Below, piece by piece: positions 59,920-64,000 of a stretch of 64,000 nucleotides of DNA. The translations under genes were made by a program, and so were the position numbers. Numbering within the stretch: position 1 is the first letter of the stretch; every line of letters starts with the position of its first letter. The stretch is from an uncultured Spirochaetota bacterium (GTDB lineage: Bacteria; Spirochaetota; Brevinematia; Brevinematales; JAOACQ01): positions 384,001-448,000 of the forward strand of contig CAWIGG010000005.1 in the NCBI GenBank assembly GCA_963835575.1. The letters run 5' to 3'. The notes under the pieces were generated by a model. The model did no database searches. It was not told where the DNA came from and worked only from the letters and a program-made list of their open reading frames with translations.

Positions 59920-61495
59920 CCTAAATTCCCAGAGTTCCGCGATTTCCGCTTGAAATCAGCCTTGCGCGGCACTGCTTGGCATCGGTTTATCATCCCAGTC
60001 TCGCGGCTGTTGCAATTACAAGCCTTGGCGATGCCTGAATACTCGTAAATCCACAAATTCCGCTGCTCCGGGCGCAACACACCCTTGTGGCGGCCTTCAC
60101 ATCATCCGGTTGGGAACTCGCTATATCTGCAGCTCACATAAGTGGCAGTAAAATTTCCGCCACCGGTCCTTATCCGCAAAATAACGGCTCAACACCAGTT
60201 TTACCTGATGGCCCTGTCTCACGATTTTCCCCGCAACCCGAATAAACCACGCCCGGAATGTTTCCGGTTCTTCCCGATGACTTTTCCGGTCAACCAGATA
60301 CCGCAGCCAGATTCCAACGTTATACGCCAGCACGCTGCAGCTCCACAGAAAATCATTCACCCAGAAATCTTGCGTCAGAAGCATCCCGGCGAACATCTGC
60401 TGCTTCACGGCTTCGATCCAGTTTTCACACGTACCCCGGTCACCGTAAAATTTATGGCCCTGCCAAGGTTTCAAACGCATATTCGTACAATAGCAAAAAT
60501 AGTCATAAACCGCTTTCGGGAATACCAGCCCTTCCGTTTCTATCCGGATCAGCTTTCTGACAGCTATGAACCGCCTCGCATGTTTCCATCCATGCGCCCG
60601 GTACTCAAATTCCGCCTGTTCCCAGCCGCTTCGATCCGGAACCGCTGTCCAACCCCTGTTTTCCAGAAACGCCGCGAGGTTTTTCATTTTGGCTTTGACC
60701 AGAAAAAAAGCCCCTTTCATTTCTTCGATGACATCGAAAATCCTTCCGTCGAAAAATCCGCTGTCCATCCGGAACACAAGTTTTTTCCAGCCGGTATGGA
60801 GTATTCCGTAAATGTGCCGGATAAATTCAGGCGCGTTATTCGCTGTGTAAGCGTCGCCCGGCCTGAAATAGGAGAGAATACATTCCCTTGTGCTGTTCAG
60901 GAATGCCAGAAGCGGATGATAGCTCTTCGCTCCCTTTTTATGCGGATTGTAGCCTGCCGCCGCTCCTTCCTGGCTTCCGTAAACCGTCTTGACGGTCGAA
61001 TCGCAGTCCACGATTTTCGTTTTTACCCGGAACTTCGCGTGGACTTTGCGGGAAAGCTTTCCGTTCAACTCATTCATCGCGTAAGATTCTTTCATACCAA
61101 CGTTTTCAATCCGCTTGATGATCGTAGAATCACTGATCGGCCCTTTCAAGCCCAGAGCTGCCCGGAACAATGGATCTTCAGTAAAATTCTCGACCTTCTT
61201 GATCCGGTTATACCCTGCCATCAGCGCGCACACGATTCCCGTAATAATTTGCTCGAACGAGAATTTCTGGTTACAATATTCCCGCGCTGGAATAAATTTT
61301 TTGAGCAACTGATTGAACCCAATCTTTTTCAAAAATACCAGCACGGGATAAATCCCGCTCACGCTGCTCAAATCCTGCGCCGTAAAACCAACTTTGATAT
61401 TTTTCACCATTTGGGTGCTCCTTCTGTTGTTTTGTATCGCAATATATTATAACAGATTGGAGCCCCATTTGGTACTTTTACTTTGGGAATTTAGG
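59920..61495 (-). mobile_element. IS1380-family insertion sequence
   Basis: IR CCTAAATTCCCAGAGT / ACTTTGGGAATTTAGG (15/16); flanks TTCGA / TTCTA. Confidence 0.88.
60121..61410 (-). CDS. IS1380-family DDE transposase
   Basis: DCDSTV..VYGSQEGA..GYNP, YHPL, RPG, RMDSGF, Y..RG.CENWI, AYN. Confidence 0.92.
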   Translation of the reverse strand: MVKNIKVGFTAQDLSSVSGIYPVLVFLKKIGFNQLLKKFIPAREYCNQKFSFEQIITGIVCALMAGYNRIKKVENFTEDPLFRAALGLKGPISDSTIIKRIENVGMKESYAMNELNGKLSRKVHAKFRVKTKIVDCDSTVKTVYGSQEGAAAGYNPHKKGAKSYHPLLAFLNSTRECILSYFRPGDAYTANNAPEFIRHIYGILHTGWKKLVFRMDSGFFDGRIFDVIEEMKGAFFLVKAKMKNLAAFLENRGWTAVPDRSGWEQAEFEYRAHGWKHARRFIAVRKLIRIETEGLVFPKAVYDYFCYCTNMRLKPWQGHKFYGDRGTCENWIEAVKQQMFAGMLLTQDFWVNDFLWSCSVLAYNVGIWLRYLVDRKSHREEPETFRAWFIRVAGKIVRQGHQVKLVLSRYFADKDRWRKFYCHLCELQI

Positions 61496-61548
61496 TTCTA
61501 TTATTCACCGGAAAGATACGCCGTTAATTTATGGAGGTCTGAAATCAT

Positions 61549-62863
61549 ATGAGAAATAATATAATCCACCCGGGAGCGGATGAGCTGACCTATGAAATCC
61601 GGGAGATCGTCGAGATCGGCAATAAAATTGAAAAAACAGGGGTCAATATCTACTGGGAGAATATCGGCGACCCGGTAGCCAAGGGGGAAGAAGTTCCGGT
61701 ATGGATCAGGGAAATCATCGCCGGTCTGGTGAGAAACGATAATCTCAGTTTCGGCTATTCGCCCACAAAAGGCTTGCTGGCAACCCGTGAATATATCGCC
61801 CGGGAGCGCAACCTCGAGGGAGGGGCGCAGATCAGTCCGGATGATATCCTGTTTTTTAACGGGCTGGGCGACGCGATATCTACCGTTTATAACTATCTCA
61901 ATAAAAACGCCCGTGTGATCGGTCCCAACCCCGCTTATTCAACGCATTCATCGGCGGAAGCGGCGCACTCGGGTTCACAGCACATTACATACCGCCTCGA
62001 TCCGGATAACAACTGGTACCCGGAGATCGGCGATCTGCGCGCGCAGATCAAGAAGCGCCCCGAAATCAGCGGCATCCTGATCGTCAATCCGGACAATCCG
62101 ACAGGTATGGTTTATTCGAAGGATGTTATCAAGCAGGTGGTGGATATCGCCCGGGAATTTGATCTTTTTATCATTTCCGATGAGATATATTCCAACCTGT
62201 TCTATGGAGGTTCTGTCCACAACAAGCTGGCTTCCGTGATCGATAAAGTACCCGGCATTGCCATGCGGGGTATATCCAAGGAGTTTCCCTGGCCCGGCGC
62301 CCGGCGCGCGGTGCGGCTGGGTTGAATTTTACAACCGTGAAAGGGACGCCTCGTTTGCCCGTTATGCCAAGACCATCATAGACGCCAAAATGCTCGAGGT
62401 TTGTTCCACTACGCTGCCTCAGAAAGCGCTGCCGGAAATCATGTCGGACCCGCGCTATTATCCCTATCTGGCAGAGCGAAACGCCCGTTACTGGGAAAAG
62501 TCGCAGCTCGCGTACAGCCTGTTCTCGGAAGTGCCCGGCCTCAAGCTCAATAAGGCTTACGGCGCTTTCTACATGACGGTGCTTTTTAAGGAAGGCTCGC
62601 TGCGAAAGGGACAATATCTCAAGCCGGCCAATAAAGCGGCAGGGGAGATTATCAAGCCTCTGGCTGATTCTCCCGGTCTGGACAAGTGCTTTGTATACCA
62701 CCTGCTGGCCTCAAGGGGCATCTGTATCGTCCCGCTTTCATCGGGCTTTAACTCTGATCTGTACGGTTTCAGAATTACGCTCCTTGAACCGGATATCAGT
62801 AAATTCAAATTTATTATGCGCGAAATCGCTGACGCGGCAAAGGAGTATATGAACTCAAAATAA
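61549..62863 (+). pseudogene. Class I/II PLP aminotransferase (AlaA-like) frameshifted by a 7-nt duplication
   Basis: LTYEIREIV, ENIGDP, NPDNPTG, SDEIY, SKEFPWPG; CCCGGCG repeated at 62293-62306, and removing one copy gives PWPGARCGW. Confidence 0.88.
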
Positions 62864-63064
62864 CCGGTGAAGGATCCCATCCGGCAAGCTGAATATAAAC
62901 ATAGTTTTCGTTGAGTTTTAATTTTTGCGGCATGGCGAAAGTGCGGTCATATTCCGGATAATGGTTGAATCATTGCCTCTGGGATTTCAAATTCATTTTC
63001 TTTGCTGATATCCCGAGAAAAATCCATGAATAACCGAACGCCGGCGCGAGTCCGCCGAAAATGT

Positions 63065-63320
63065 CCGCTACATAATGCTGTTTGATAAAAACCGTTGAAA
63101 GGACGATGCCCGCCGCCCTGAATATTAATTCCAGTATTGCAAAAATAAGAAATATAATTATAAAATTAGACAGGATAAAAACAACCAGAAAATACTGGTT
63201 TGACGGATCCTACTTTTTTATTTTTCCCGTTCATTGCAAATCTCCAGAAATGGTGATATTATTAAGCTGTCAGCCTGAGGCTGGATATTTTAACCGCGGG
63301 AAGGAAATAATTCAAGAAAA
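63065..63320 (-). pseudogene. Degenerate copy of the upstream region and 5' end of the SGNH gene at 40205
   Basis: Reverse complement matches ~40120-40370; ATG at 63234, early frameshift, then truncation. Confidence 0.8.
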
Positions 63321-63493
63321 AGGAAAATTATACCGTTATAATTACCGTAAACGGAAATATGCTCTTACTGACGGCTCATAATATTAATGTTTATTAGATT
63401 CCCTTAATAAAAATTCCTTCCGCTTCTTTGCAGGTTTTATATATCTATTATATAATAATTCTCAGCAAGTTATTTCATTAGAGGAGATCTCAT

Positions 63494-64000
63494 ATGCTGA
63501 AAAAAGGAAAATTATCTGCTATATTTTTCATAACCGCGTTATTATTCGCTTTTTCTTTGGCATTCGCGGAGAATAAGGCTTTTAAAAATTACGCGATAGG
63601 TTTTGACAGCACTTATACGTTCCCCGCTCTCTATTATGGAGGGTTTGGCGGAGGGTTTGAGGCTGAAATGCTGGCTTCCGGGGTTATATCATTAGCGGCC
63701 GATTTCGGGTACGAGTATGTCAGGTATAATGAAACCGGAGCGACAAATAATAACCAGCTCATATACGCTTCCATCGGCGGCCGCCTTTATATGTCATATG
63801 ACGCCATTAAAGGTCCTTTCCTTGGATTGCTTGTTGGGGTCCGGTTTGATATAATAAATGGGGTTACCTATCCCCGTTTTATAGCGCCGCTTGAATTCGG
63901 CTGGAAGATCGTTTTTGATAATACAGGCGGGCTTTATATTGAGCCGCTGGTTAAAGTGGTCATGTTGCCTTACTATGACAGCGTAAACGTTTCCTTACAG
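63494..64000 (+). CDS. Secreted or outer-membrane beta-barrel-like protein (runs off the window)
   Basis: GAGGAG RBS; MLKKGKLSAIFFITALLFAFSLAFAE signal peptide; frame open to the window end. Confidence 0.7.
   Translation, partial: MLKKGKLSAIFFITALLFAFSLAFAENKAFKNYAIGFDSTYTFPALYYGGFGGGFEAEMLASGVISLAADFGYEYVRYNETGATNNNQLIYASIGGRLYMSYDAIKGPFLGLLVGVRFDIINGVTYPRFIAPLEFGWKIVFDNTGGLYIEPLVKVVMLPYYDSVNVSLQ

Noticed and set aside
60142..61452. 436-aa antisense ORF over the IS1380 transposase
   Set aside because: Mirror-frame shadow with no recognisable motifs.

Overview
Bacterial chromosomal window of moderate-to-low GC in standard code 11. Spirochaete-like lipoproteins are only a weak hint at lineage. 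Housekeeping genes (recO, thiH, DEAD-box helicase, rsmA, kdpABC plus a kinase-less kdpD, cinA, prmC, hisG, sua5, tsaD) are interspersed with accessory or decaying genes, two IS1182-type transposons, one IS1380, MITEs and many palindromic repeats. Four features stand out. (1) A type IIG restriction-modification gene carries an in-frame, start-less REP-associated tyrosine transposase (RAYT) domain with its REP hairpins, plus a second in-frame REP doublet. (2) A GxxExxY PD-(D/E)xK nuclease gene is bracketed by 9-nt-periodic inverted repeats, and related gene-less two-ended elements are scattered through the window. (3) Two co-oriented, shuffled stacks of single ends of those elements flank a hydrolase gene. 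(4) An integron attC-like site behind a RelE/ParE gene has been hit by both an IS1182 and a MITE. All family calls come from motif recognition by eye, with no database searches.
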